NCBI GenBank assembly: GCA_016926735.1
Contig: JAFGOA010000123.1
Span: forward strand, 1 to 20,224
Direction: 5' to 3'
Source of the DNA: Promethearchaeota archaeon
Lineage (GTDB): Archaea > Asgardarchaeota > Lokiarchaeia > Sigyniarchaeales > SOKP01
DNA length: 20,224 nucleotides
The notes beneath the pieces are model-generated. The model was not told the origin of the DNA, did no database searches, and worked only from the letters and a program-made list of their open reading frames with translations. The position numbers and the translations under genes were made by a program. This document shows, piece after piece, positions 8,395-17,970 of this stretch. Position 1 is the stretch's first letter; each line of letters opens with the position of its first letter.

Positions 8395-10200
8395 TTGGAG
8401 AATTTAATGGATAAAATAAATAAAATTGCAGAAAATAATAATTTTTTCCATTGGTATATCGAATTTCCTGAAGTTTTCTCTAATAAAAGAGGAGGATTTG
8501 ATTGTATTCTCACTAATCCTCCTTGGGAGACACTACAATTAAAAGAAATGGAATTTTTTACAGGATATAATAGTGAGATTTTAACTGCTCCAAATCAATC
8601 AGAACGTAGAAAAATAATAAGGCAGTTGAAAGAAAAAGATTTAAAAATATATAAAAAATATAAAAATGCATGGAAATCAATGAAGAAGATGAGTCATTAT
8701 TTGCGAACTTCATCTCTATTTGATCTTTCGGCTCAAGGAACAATTAATACTTATGCATTATTTATAGAAAGATGCTGGCGATTAATATCACCAAATGGAT
8801 ATACAGGAATAATATGCCCCACAGGAATTATTACTAATTATTTTATGCAACATTTGTTTAAAGAATTTGTTAAAGAACATGCCATTTTAAGTTTATTTGA
8901 TTTTGAAAATCGAAAAAAACTTTTTAATATCCATAGACAATTCAGGTTTTGTCTTTTAAGTTTGGGTGGAAAAAATATTTCTCAAGAAATCATACCAATA
9001 ACTTTTTTTATTTTAGATCCAAAAGAGATTCAATCATCACTTTCAATAATATTTGAAAATAAAAAAGATCTGAAAAAAAGAATAAATAACCTCCCAAATG
9101 ATCATTATCTTATTCCATTAGAAAAAGAGGATTTTGAATTATTGAATCCAAATACATTAACATGCCCATCATTTAGGATAAAAAAAGATGCTGATTTATT
9201 AAAACATTTATATAAACAAACAGAGATACTTATAAAAAGAAATGTAGAAACTAATGAAATTATATATGATCCTTGGGATTTTAATTTTACAAGAATGTTT
9301 GATCCTTCGAATGATTCTAATATTTTCATTATGGAAAAAGATTTAGAAAAATATGATGCTAAACCATTAAATGAAAAATCTAATGGAGGAATTTGGATAA
9401 ATGAAAAAAATATAAAATTTATGCCATTATATGAAGGTAAAATGATTTGGCATTATAATCATAGATATAATTCAGTAAAAATCGTAGAAAAAGGAAAATA
9501 TAAACAGCGATCTATTAAAAACAATTTAATAGAATTAAAAAATCCAAATTTTTTTAATATTCCTGCTTATTGGGTTGAAGAAAAAGAAATTTTAAGTAGA
9601 ATTCCTAAAAATTATAATAAGAATTGGTTTTTAGCTTATAGAGATATTACCGGAGCTACAAATGAAAGAACCTTTGTAGCAGCAATAATTCCAAAGACAG
9701 CCACAGTAAGTACAATTCCTATTTCTCTTTCAAATAAATCTCCTAAAGAATTATGTCTATTATTTGCTAATTTAAATTCAATCATCTTTGATTATATTGT
9801 AAGATTAAAAATATCTGGATCTCATATAAGCTTATATATAATGGAACAATTGCCTGTTTTTACTAATTTGAAATATTCTGAAAAGTTGAAAAAAATAATT
9901 TTATCAAAAGTATTAGAATTAACATACACATCTTATGATTTAGAGCATTTTGCAAAGGATCTTTGCTACAATAAAGAACCTTTTGAATGGAATCCTCAGA
10001 GACGTGAATTAATTCAAGCAGAATTAGATGGAATTTATGCAATCTTATATAATATCAGAAGAAATGATTTAATATATATATTGAATACATTTGATGTGTT
10101 GAAGAAAAAAGAATTTGATGAATTTAATGAATTTCGAACAAAAAAGTTAATTTTACAGGCATATGACAAATTCTCAAGACAAAAGGAGTTGTTTGAATAA
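8395..10200 (+). CDS. C-terminal fragment of the N6-adenine MTase (catalytic NPPW and target-recognition region)
   Basis: GGFDCILTNPPW, NTYALFIER, PLYEGKMIWHYNHR. Its TAA abuts the ATG of the next gene at 10201. Confidence 0.6.
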   Translation: MENLMDKINKIAENNNFFHWYIEFPEVFSNKRGGFDCILTNPPWETLQLKEMEFFTGYNSEILTAPNQSERRKIIRQLKEKDLKIYKKYKNAWKSMKKMSHYLRTSSLFDLSAQGTINTYALFIERCWRLISPNGYTGIICPTGIITNYFMQHLFKEFVKEHAILSLFDFENRKKLFNIHRQFRFCLLSLGGKNISQEIIPITFFILDPKEIQSSLSIIFENKKDLKKRINNLPNDHYLIPLEKEDFELLNPNTLTCPSFRIKKDADLLKHLYKQTEILIKRNVETNEIIYDPWDFNFTRMFDPSNDSNIFIMEKDLEKYDAKPLNEKSNGGIWINEKNIKFMPLYEGKMIWHYNHRYNSVKIVEKGKYKQRSIKNNLIELKNPNFFNIPAYWVEEKEILSRIPKNYNKNWFLAYRDITGATNERTFVAAIIPKTATVSTIPISLSNKSPKELCLLFANLNSIIFDYIVRLKISGSHISLYIMEQLPVFTNLKYSEKLKKIILSKVLELTYTSYDLEHFAKDLCYNKEPFEWNPQRRELIQAELDGIYAILYNIRRNDLIYILNTFDVLKKKEFDEFNEFRTKKLILQAYDKFSRQKELFE

Positions 10201-13200
10201 ATGAATAAATTGCTAATTGATAAAAAACCCCAGAATATATTCCTTATTGCTGACCGTCTTCAAAAAACTTATAAAAATTTTGTAAAAACTTTTCAAGAGT
10301 TTCAAAATCCAGTAATCCAGAACTGGGTCAATCAGCAAATGGAAACGAAGGATCTACTTTATAAAGATCCATTTATAGAACTAAATTTTCAATTTGAGAA
10401 GGGAAAAAATATCCAAACCTTTGTAAAAGAAGGTATCCTTCAGAGAAAAATTCTTGATATTTTTCAAATAGAGCCCTATAAACATCAATCAGAAGCAATT
10501 AAGCAAGTTTGCAGAAATAATAAAAATATAATTGTTTCTACTGGTACTGGTTCTGGAAAAAGTATTTGTTTTTGGATTCCAATTATTAACACTTGCCTTG
10601 AAATGAATAATCAAGGATTAAATGGAATTAAAGCAATCGTAATCTTTCCTATGAATGCACTCGCAAATTCTCAATATAATATAATATCAAAGTTACTTGA
10701 TGCTACAGGAATAAAGATAGGACGTTATACAGGTGATACAGCATATTCAAAAGAAGAAGCTATTCGGATCTTAGAAAAAAATCAAAGCCGAAAACCTTAT
10801 GATTCTGAACTTTTATCAAGAGATGAAATTAGAGAATCTCCACCAGATATATTAATAACTAACTATGTAATGTTAGATTTAATTTTAACAAGGTTTGAAG
10901 ATAGAGAGTTATTCCCAGAATTATATAAAGAAAATTTACGATATTTAGTTTTAGATGAGATTCATACATATTCTGGAAATTCTGGAGCTGATGTCGCTGG
11001 ACTTATTCGTCGTTTAAAACAAAGAACTAATACTAATAATAAAATTCGATGTATTGGAACTAGTGCTACTATTCAAGATAATAAAAAATCTGAAGGAATA
11101 TCTTCAATCATTGAATTTGCGCAGAAGATTTTTGGAGAAAAATTTGATAATTCAAGTTTAATACAAGCATCCTTTGTCAATTTTGAAATTCTTGAAGAAA
11201 ATATACTTCCTTTATCAGCAAAAATTGAAATAAATGATTCTGAACTAAAAGATTTTGATGGAACCTTATCTTCAATAATTCCAATAGCAGAAAAATTATT
11301 AGGAAGAGCATTAAATCAGAAAGAGAGATCTATAGAGAGTTTAGGTATCCTATTTCATTATCATCCATTAATTATTTTCCTAAGAAATTCTTTAAAAGAT
11401 CGAGCAAGAGCTCTAAATGACCTCGCAATTCAATATCAGAAGGATTTGCGTAGGGGTGAAACAATAGAATCCTGCCTTATAGAATTAAAAGCAACGTTTT
11501 TACTAGGTACTATAGCCAAGATCAATATTCAAAACGAGCAAAGACCTTTATTAGTTCCTAAATTACATATTTTTTTCACACAAGGACAAGAAATGTATTC
11601 ATGTATTACTAAAGATGGACCTCATCTAAGTATTATGGGAGATTTTAACTGTAAAATTTGTGAAGCACCAGCATTTCCACTATATTTCTGCAGAAACTGT
11701 GGACATGAGTTTTTTAGCGTATATATAATTGATAACAACCTATTTCCTCGAACTTTTGACATGGAAGAATCAGGTGAAATGGTTTATCTTACACCAATTA
11801 CAAATAAAAATAATTCATTCTATACTCCTGATAATTGGTTAGATTCTAAAGGCAATATAAGAAAGACATATGAGGACGTCTCTCCAGAAAGAGTGGAATA
11901 TTGTCCTAAATGTAATAAAATTAATCCAGAATGCTCATGTTCTGAAAAATTACAAGTCTGGAAAATTCCATACCCCCTACAATTATGTCCCTCATGTAAT
12001 ATATATTATACAAAAAAAAAAGGAGAATATGGAAAATTGTTCTCATTTAATTCCACAGGTCGTAGTTCATCAACTGATATCCTCACAATGGAAACGATAA
12101 AAAAATTAAGTAAGGATCAAAAAAAACAAATAATTTTTACAGATAATCGTCAAGATACAGCTTTACAAGCAGAACATTTAAATGAATTTCAAAGAAGAGT
12201 AATATTTAGACAATTTTTTTATAAAACATTAAAAGAGATAAATGAAAAAAATCATAGAATATCTGATATTGAAATTGGTCGTGCTATTTATCAATTTATG
12301 AAAGATAATAACTTAATTCCAGAATATCAGAAAGAAGAAGAGGACGAATTTAGCTCAGCACCTACACCTGAAAAAGAATTTATCGAATATCTCACTTTCC
12401 TAGCTCTATCTGATGTCATGCAATCCCAATATTTCTTAGATCTAAATTTAGATAAATTAGGATTATTAAATATTGAATATGATGGATTGGAGAAATTGAT
12501 TAAGCATAATTATATTACGGAAGTTCCTATTTTCAAACTCTTATCTGAGGAAGAGCGTTATGACTATTTTCGTGGTATACTCGACATATTTCGATGGAAT
12601 GGAGCTATAGCTAATCAAGCACTTATAGATACAGTTAATAAATATGAAGATTGGCAAAGTAAATTTAATGAAAATATCCTATTTGATATCAATAAATCTC
12701 ATTATAATCGAGTAGGTTTTGCTTTTAAGACACCAGAGAGAGGAAGAAAACTTCATGAACATCGTCAACGAATAGTTTTTAAAAGTATTTCATGGTATAC
12801 AACTACATTAATTAATTGGACAAAAAAATATTTTTCTATTGATGATTATGACAAAGTTAATGATATAATCGTAAAATCAATTGATATACTCGAAAAAGCT
12901 AAATTCTTAGATATTTTTTGGACTAAAAACCGTTCCTTTAAACTTTATCAAATTAGGGAAGGAAAAATTCTCTTTAATTTGAATCAAAATAATGAATTTT
13001 TAAAATGTCCTAAATGTCAGAGAACATATCAATTTAAAAAATACAAATCATGTGTATGGAGAAATTGTCCAGAATTAGAATATAAGAACTTAGATCCCTC
13101 TCACTTTTATTTAAATTTATACCAGCAATTACCTGATTCTGAATCAGAAATTCATGCAAAAGAGCATAGTGCACAAGTAGAAGGAACAATAAGAGAGCAA

Positions 13201-15510
13201 TTTGAAAATGATTTCCAAAGCATTTCTTCTGGAACAACAAATGTTCTTGTTTGTACTCCTACTATGGAACTAGGAATTGATATTGGAGAATTATCTGCAA
13301 TTATGATGCGAAATGTCCCCCCAGATCCGAGTAGATATGCTCAGAGAGCTGGTCGAGCTGGAAGAAAAAATCAACCTTCTATAGTTCTCGTCTTTTGTGG
13401 TACTGGAGTTGCTAAAGGACCGCATGATCAATATTTTTATAATGAACCCGAAAAAATTATCTCAGGAAAAATAAATCCCCCAAATTTCTTATTAGATAAC
13501 AAGAAGTTGATTAAAAAACATATTCATGCCGCCATTATAGAAACATTAAAAATTAAAATCCCCCAGAAGATTGGAGAAATTCTTAACTTAGAAAAACAAA
13601 ATGAAAAATTTCCCTTTCATGAAAGTTTTAAGAATTTAATCATTAATGAAATAACAAGCAATTTTCAACTACTTATACGTACAATCACAAGTATCTTTGA
13701 GAATGAAGTTAATAAATATTCATGGTTCACAGAAACCTTTATTAAAAGTACAATTAATCAATTCTATCCTGATTTTAATGAAGTATTAAATGATTTTAGG
13801 GACCTATATAATGATATTTTTATAGAAATGAATTTTTTACATAATAAAAGTATGTCTAAAGGACTTGATCTTAAAGATAAAAGAGAATATGATGCATTAT
13901 CACGACGGTTGAATGATATGAGAAATGGTAATCAACCCTTTGATACTTTTGGTTTCTTGAGAAACTATGGATTCCTACCAAATTATGCTTTTCCAAGTGA
14001 TACATCATTATTGACAATGTATGATTCAAGCAAACCAGATTATCATGATAATTGGAGATCTTCAGTTATAGCTATACGAGAATTTGCGCCTTATAACCAA
14101 GTATATTTCTTAGGGAGTAAATATAATATCAATAAAGCAATGGTAAGATCAGATAGAGGAGAAATAAATGTTGATAAACTCTATATTTGTGAATCTTGTA
14201 ATGAAATTATAATTAATAGCAAAGATTCTACAGCTACATCATTATCTAAATGTCCTTATTGTGAAGAAGAAATAAAATTAAGTAATTTTAAGTCAAGTAT
14301 TCATTTTCCTCATATGTATTCAATTAGTGGTCCCCGAATAACATGTGATGAGGAAAATCGACAAATTAAGGGTTATGAAATTACCATAAATTATAAACAT
14401 AAGCTCTCAAATCTCATTAGATTTGAAATAAATTGTGGAGATATTCAATTAGGACTAATTACTTATGAACATAATGGTAAGATCTATGTAGTAAATAAAG
14501 GTTCAAGAATAAAATCTAAAACATCATCTGAAATTGAATTACAGCCATTTAATTTCTGTAGTGCTTGTGGTCAATGGCTCCATCAGCAAGAAAAAGATAT
14601 TCACATAGAAAAATGTTCAAAAAAAGGAAAAACAAGAAATCTATATGAAAAACTGTGGCTATTCATAGAAGGTAATCATGATGTTGTTGAATTTAATTTA
14701 CCAATAATTGGAGAACCTGATATAAATTCTTATTATACAACTTTGAAAGAAACCATTATCCAAAGTTTAATGTTAACTTATAATTTAGATGAGTCTGAAC
14801 TTATGGGATTTCTTAATCCATTACCAGGTAAACAAGAACAATCAATCATTATCTTTGAAACAGAAGAAGGAGGAACAGGAGTTCTAAAATCATTATTAGA
14901 TATATTAACCACCCAATTTGATAAATTTATTGAAAATATGTTTAGAATATTACATTTGAAATTTGAAGAACCATTTGAAGAAACGATGGATGCATGTGTT
15001 AGTGCATGTTATAATTGTCTATTGAGATTTAGAAATCAATATGAACATAGATATTTAAATCGTAAAATAGTAACACCATTAATAAAACAATTCAAAAATT
15101 GTGATATTTCTAGAATATCTATTGATCAGGGTATAGATATAACTAATAAAATTAAAATTATGAAGGAAAGATGTGATTCTGAACTTGAAAAAAAGGTATT
15201 AGATGAGATTGTTAAATTAAAGTTACCTTTACCAGATGAGGTTCAAAAAACGTATTTTGAAGATGACATTCCTATCACTAAAGCAGATTTCTTCTATCAT
15301 TTGCCAAAGAATGAAATTTATGTTTTTGTTGATGGACCTCCTCATACTCCAGATCATATTCAAAAAGAAGACAGAGAAAAAAGGGATTCTCTTGAATCTA
15401 AGGGATTTTCGGTTGTAGAATTGGATTTTAAAGATGGTAATTATCAAGATGATCCAACTTTAATCGAAAAAGAAATTTCAGAAAAATTAATACCATATTT
15501 ACTTGAATAA
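10201..15510 (+). CDS. Large DEAD/DEAH-box helicase with Zn-ribbons, DUF1998 (MrfA/DrmB-like) and a C-terminal DUF559/Vsr-like endonuclease domain (DrmA+DrmB-like fusion)
   Basis: STGTGSGKS, PMNALANSQ, TNYVML, LDEIHTY, GTSAT, EHSAQ, CTPTMELGIDIG, YAQRAGRAGR, GFLPNYAFP and several CxxC pairs. DUF1998-type 'EGGTGVL...CVSACYNCLL'. C-terminal 'SELEKK...ADFFY...VFVDGPPH'. Confidence 0.85.
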   Translation: MNKLLIDKKPQNIFLIADRLQKTYKNFVKTFQEFQNPVIQNWVNQQMETKDLLYKDPFIELNFQFEKGKNIQTFVKEGILQRKILDIFQIEPYKHQSEAIKQVCRNNKNIIVSTGTGSGKSICFWIPIINTCLEMNNQGLNGIKAIVIFPMNALANSQYNIISKLLDATGIKIGRYTGDTAYSKEEAIRILEKNQSRKPYDSELLSRDEIRESPPDILITNYVMLDLILTRFEDRELFPELYKENLRYLVLDEIHTYSGNSGADVAGLIRRLKQRTNTNNKIRCIGTSATIQDNKKSEGISSIIEFAQKIFGEKFDNSSLIQASFVNFEILEENILPLSAKIEINDSELKDFDGTLSSIIPIAEKLLGRALNQKERSIESLGILFHYHPLIIFLRNSLKDRARALNDLAIQYQKDLRRGETIESCLIELKATFLLGTIAKINIQNEQRPLLVPKLHIFFTQGQEMYSCITKDGPHLSIMGDFNCKICEAPAFPLYFCRNCGHEFFSVYIIDNNLFPRTFDMEESGEMVYLTPITNKNNSFYTPDNWLDSKGNIRKTYEDVSPERVEYCPKCNKINPECSCSEKLQVWKIPYPLQLCPSCNIYYTKKKGEYGKLFSFNSTGRSSSTDILTMETIKKLSKDQKKQIIFTDNRQDTALQAEHLNEFQRRVIFRQFFYKTLKEINEKNHRISDIEIGRAIYQFMKDNNLIPEYQKEEEDEFSSAPTPEKEFIEYLTFLALSDVMQSQYFLDLNLDKLGLLNIEYDGLEKLIKHNYITEVPIFKLLSEEERYDYFRGILDIFRWNGAIANQALIDTVNKYEDWQSKFNENILFDINKSHYNRVGFAFKTPERGRKLHEHRQRIVFKSISWYTTTLINWTKKYFSIDDYDKVNDIIVKSIDILEKAKFLDIFWTKNRSFKLYQIREGKILFNLNQNNEFLKCPKCQRTYQFKKYKSCVWRNCPELEYKNLDPSHFYLNLYQQLPDSESEIHAKEHSAQVEGTIREQFENDFQSISSGTTNVLVCTPTMELGIDIGELSAIMMRNVPPDPSRYAQRAGRAGRKNQPSIVLVFCGTGVAKGPHDQYFYNEPEKIISGKINPPNFLLDNKKLIKKHIHAAIIETLKIKIPQKIGEILNLEKQNEKFPFHESFKNLIINEITSNFQLLIRTITSIFENEVNKYSWFTETFIKSTINQFYPDFNEVLNDFRDLYNDIFIEMNFLHNKSMSKGLDLKDKREYDALSRRLNDMRNGNQPFDTFGFLRNYGFLPNYAFPSDTSLLTMYDSSKPDYHDNWRSSVIAIREFAPYNQVYFLGSKYNINKAMVRSDRGEINVDKLYICESCNEIIINSKDSTATSLSKCPYCEEEIKLSNFKSSIHFPHMYSISGPRITCDEENRQIKGYEITINYKHKLSNLIRFEINCGDIQLGLITYEHNGKIYVVNKGSRIKSKTSSEIELQPFNFCSACGQWLHQQEKDIHIEKCSKKGKTRNLYEKLWLFIEGNHDVVEFNLPIIGEPDINSYYTTLKETIIQSLMLTYNLDESELMGFLNPLPGKQEQSIIIFETEEGGTGVLKSLLDILTTQFDKFIENMFRILHLKFEEPFEETMDACVSACYNCLLRFRNQYEHRYLNRKIVTPLIKQFKNCDISRISIDQGIDITNKIKIMKERCDSELEKKVLDEIVKLKLPLPDEVQKTYFEDDIPITKADFFYHLPKNEIYVFVDGPPHTPDHIQKEDREKRDSLESKGFSVVELDFKDGNYQDDPTLIEKEISEKLIPYLLE

Positions 15511-15537
15511 AAGTTAAATAATTAATATCATGTTATT

Positions 15538-15813
15538 ATGAGTTTGCTTATGAAGAAAGAAAGTTATGCTAAAAGTATAAAAAGAATTATAAAGGAGAAT
15601 GAAATTACCGTCTGCGATCTTGATACATTAAAAAAATTAGTTTTTGAACATAGAAAAAAAAATAACCTGCTGAAAGATGATGATTTTGAATACTTAAGGA
15701 CAAGAGAACCCCATAAGAAATGGGAACATAGAATACATGGTGGATTACAGGCCTTAAAAAGAAAACATGAAGTTCTATTTCTTGGAAATAATAAATATAA
15801 ATTTATAAATTAA
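15538..15813 (+). CDS. Small protein, possible Mrr N-terminal-like winged-helix domain
   Basis: 91 aa, starting 27 bp after the helicase. 'KWEHRIHGGLQALKRKHEV...GNNKYKF' resembles the Mrr_N pattern 'W..R..W....L...G.....G.W'. Confidence 0.5.
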   Translation: MSLLMKKESYAKSIKRIIKENEITVCDLDTLKKLVFEHRKKNNLLKDDDFEYLRTREPHKKWEHRIHGGLQALKRKHEVLFLGNNKYKFIN

Positions 15814-15884
15814 CGTTTAACTATCGATATACTCCTAAAGTATATTAGTATTTATAATAAAAATCAAGAATTAATATTATATCA

Positions 15885-17951
15885 CTATAAATATAATGGA
15901 TATTTGAATTCTAAATCTTTAATATCTATCTTTTTTAACTTTTTCAATGTTTTTAATGCAAAATGAATCGGAAATGGTAATTTCATAGAATTATTTGAAA
16001 AACCAAGATGGTATTTTGTCTCTCTGAAACATATTTTTGCTAGAACCTTAAATTCCTCAAAAGAATAGTTATAATTTTTGAGCTTAATAGTTCTTTGAGT
16101 ACCTTGATGGGAATCATATGTTATTAAAAACCATTTATTATTAAAGAATATCCCAAAACCAGATGGAACACCTGATTTTGATGGTTGTTCATAACTAAAT
16201 CTAAATAATCTGATTAATGAATTTTCAGAAACTTCAATTAATTTGATTAAATTTTCATTAAAATAATTTTGGATCTTTTTGTGCATAAATCCATTTATCA
16301 TTAAAAGATTTTTTTTAAGTTCTAAAGAACTAAGAATTTCTATTATTCTATCATGAAATTTATCAACATTAGTTTCTCTAATATAGAACCCTCTTATGAA
16401 ATTACCCTTATTTTCATATTCTAAAATAGCACAAAGTTTTTCATTTCCATAAGATTGAATAGCCATTCCAAATCCTTTCTTATAATCTCTATTATCTTCT
16501 AAGAAATAAAAGGGTGAAAATACTTTATGATAAATAGGAGCATATATGTTTTCTTTTTTGTATAACTCTTGATTTGTCAATGTAGAAAGATGCATTTCAT
16601 GATTTTTAAGTTGATTTTTGGATAAGTAAGATATAAGATCTTTTTCATCATTATTCTCTTCTTTTAAAATAAGATATATTGCATTATCTCCTTTATATTC
16701 TTCTAAATTCTCAATTGATCTATTTTCAATATTAATAAACTTAAAATCAATTTCACAATTATACCATTTTTTAAATTCACTGAAAAAAAGGTTTATATTA
16801 TGCAAAAAATCGGGGATTTGAAATGGTAAAATAATATTTAATCTAATTCTCTGTTTCTTATTAAAAATCTTTTCCTTCTTAATTAATTCAAAAGGATTTT
16901 CTTCAGTACTTATTTTTTTAATTATGTAACTAGATTTTTCAAATTTTTCTGAAATCAAATATTCAGAATCTTTATTTATTAATCCTTCAAGAATTATAGG
17001 GAAATTAGGATGACTTAATGATTCAAAATATTGCATTGATTCTTTAATTCTTTGATATCTTTCATCTGGTTTCATAATTACTTCTTCAGATAAATCTTCT
17101 GTTTTATCTTCAGCATCTTCAAATTTTGGTACTTTTCGAATCAATTCTAATGGAAAAAAATAAGGTCTATTAGATCCTTTATAATAATGTATAATTACTG
17201 GTGCTCTATCATCTATTCTCTTACCTAAAGTTTGATTTTTGCAACCTCTACCAGAATAATGTGAAATCAAATCATTTGCTTCGCTAGGTTTCAGATTATC
17301 AAAATGATTATTGATAAACATAACACCAAATCCTTCTGGATTTGCATGTTTACATGTTGCAAATGGATTGAATTTCTGATAACAATCTAATGGACAAATT
17401 TTTTCTAAATATCTTTCATATAATTCTTCTCCCCTATCATATAAATCTCTTAAAGTTAATTCTGTATAGAATTTTGATTTAGGATCTATTATAATTCCTA
17501 TTTGATCTTTTAAAAAAATAATTTTAAATCTAAATCCTTTAAAGAGTGATAATTGTCCATATTTTTCTGTTTTATTATAATCAACAGCTTTAAACCATTC
17601 TCGACCTTTATTTGTTATAACTAACTTTTCAAAGTTATTTCTAAGTTGTTGAGAAATTGCTTCTCCAATATATCTTTGTAATAATTGATTATGTTCCTTA
17701 AAATCAAGTTTTATTTCTTTTAGAATAATATCTTCAGAATTATGGATTTTTTTAAGTGAATCTATAACATTTTTATTATCAGATATAATATTATTATAGT
17801 TATTAAATGAAACTGTATCTTTATTCAGAAATCTTAGTTCCCTTATATAATCATTAACCACATTTGAATGAACTCTATTTTTAAAAGTTATTTCATGGAG
17901 AATTATTTTTTGATTCAGATCTTTTATAATTGATATATTTGTTCCAAACAT
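15885..17951 (-). CDS. ago: Long prokaryotic Argonaute (N-L1-PAZ-L2-MID-PIWI), catalytically inactive
   Basis: 688 aa with Ago landmarks in the right order: L1 'GFRFKIIFLKDQIGIIIDPKSKF'; PAZ 'LISHY' and 'YFFPLELI'; L2 'MKPDERYQRI'; MID end 'ENIYAPIYHKVFSPFYFL'; PIWI 'LIEVSENSLIRLF', 'PSG', 'QGTQRTIKL', 'MKLPFPIHFALK'; hydrophobic C-terminus 'PLYL'. Confidence 0.85.
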   Translation of the reverse strand: MFGTNISIIKDLNQKIILHEITFKNRVHSNVVNDYIRELRFLNKDTVSFNNYNNIISDNKNVIDSLKKIHNSEDIILKEIKLDFKEHNQLLQRYIGEAISQQLRNNFEKLVITNKGREWFKAVDYNKTEKYGQLSLFKGFRFKIIFLKDQIGIIIDPKSKFYTELTLRDLYDRGEELYERYLEKICPLDCYQKFNPFATCKHANPEGFGVMFINNHFDNLKPSEANDLISHYSGRGCKNQTLGKRIDDRAPVIIHYYKGSNRPYFFPLELIRKVPKFEDAEDKTEDLSEEVIMKPDERYQRIKESMQYFESLSHPNFPIILEGLINKDSEYLISEKFEKSSYIIKKISTEENPFELIKKEKIFNKKQRIRLNIILPFQIPDFLHNINLFFSEFKKWYNCEIDFKFINIENRSIENLEEYKGDNAIYLILKEENNDEKDLISYLSKNQLKNHEMHLSTLTNQELYKKENIYAPIYHKVFSPFYFLEDNRDYKKGFGMAIQSYGNEKLCAILEYENKGNFIRGFYIRETNVDKFHDRIIEILSSLELKKNLLMINGFMHKKIQNYFNENLIKLIEVSENSLIRLFRFSYEQPSKSGVPSGFGIFFNNKWFLITYDSHQGTQRTIKLKNYNYSFEEFKVLAKICFRETKYHLGFSNNSMKLPFPIHFALKTLKKLKKIDIKDLEFKYPLYL

Positions 17952-17964
17952 TTATTCTAATTTT

Positions 17965-17969
17965 CTCCT
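17965..17969 (-). promoter_or_regulatory. Possible RBS (AGGAG) of the Argonaute gene
   Basis: The minus strand reads TAA-TAGGAGAAAATTAGAATAA-ATG in the 19-bp gap. The 13-nt spacing is on the long side. Confidence 0.4.
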
Positions 17970-17970
17970 A

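Larger units (their letters stand above)
6187..10200 (+). pseudogene. Eco57I/type IIG-like N6-adenine DNA methyltransferase (DrmMI-like), ~1337 aa, interrupted by a single in-frame TAG at 8311-8313
   Basis: ORFs 6187-8313 and 8395-10200 share a frame and only one stop separates them: ...ANIWTSTFF*SFDGNVLGKIP.... The N half holds RKSTGSYYTP, DPACGGGTFL and IYGVDLNPLAVELAKISLW. The C half holds FHWYIEFPEVF, GGFDCILTNPPW and YRDITGATNERT. Confidence 0.8.

Noticed and set aside
4585-9329. Short minus-strand ORFs (4585, 5941, 6174, 7209, 7923, 8310, 8558, 9105)
   Set aside because: All lie antisense within well-supported helicase or MTase genes and carry no motifs.
11870-15447. Short ORFs inside the large helicase (11870, 13034, 15229, 15236)
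   Set aside because: Alternative-frame or antisense shadows of the 1769-aa gene.
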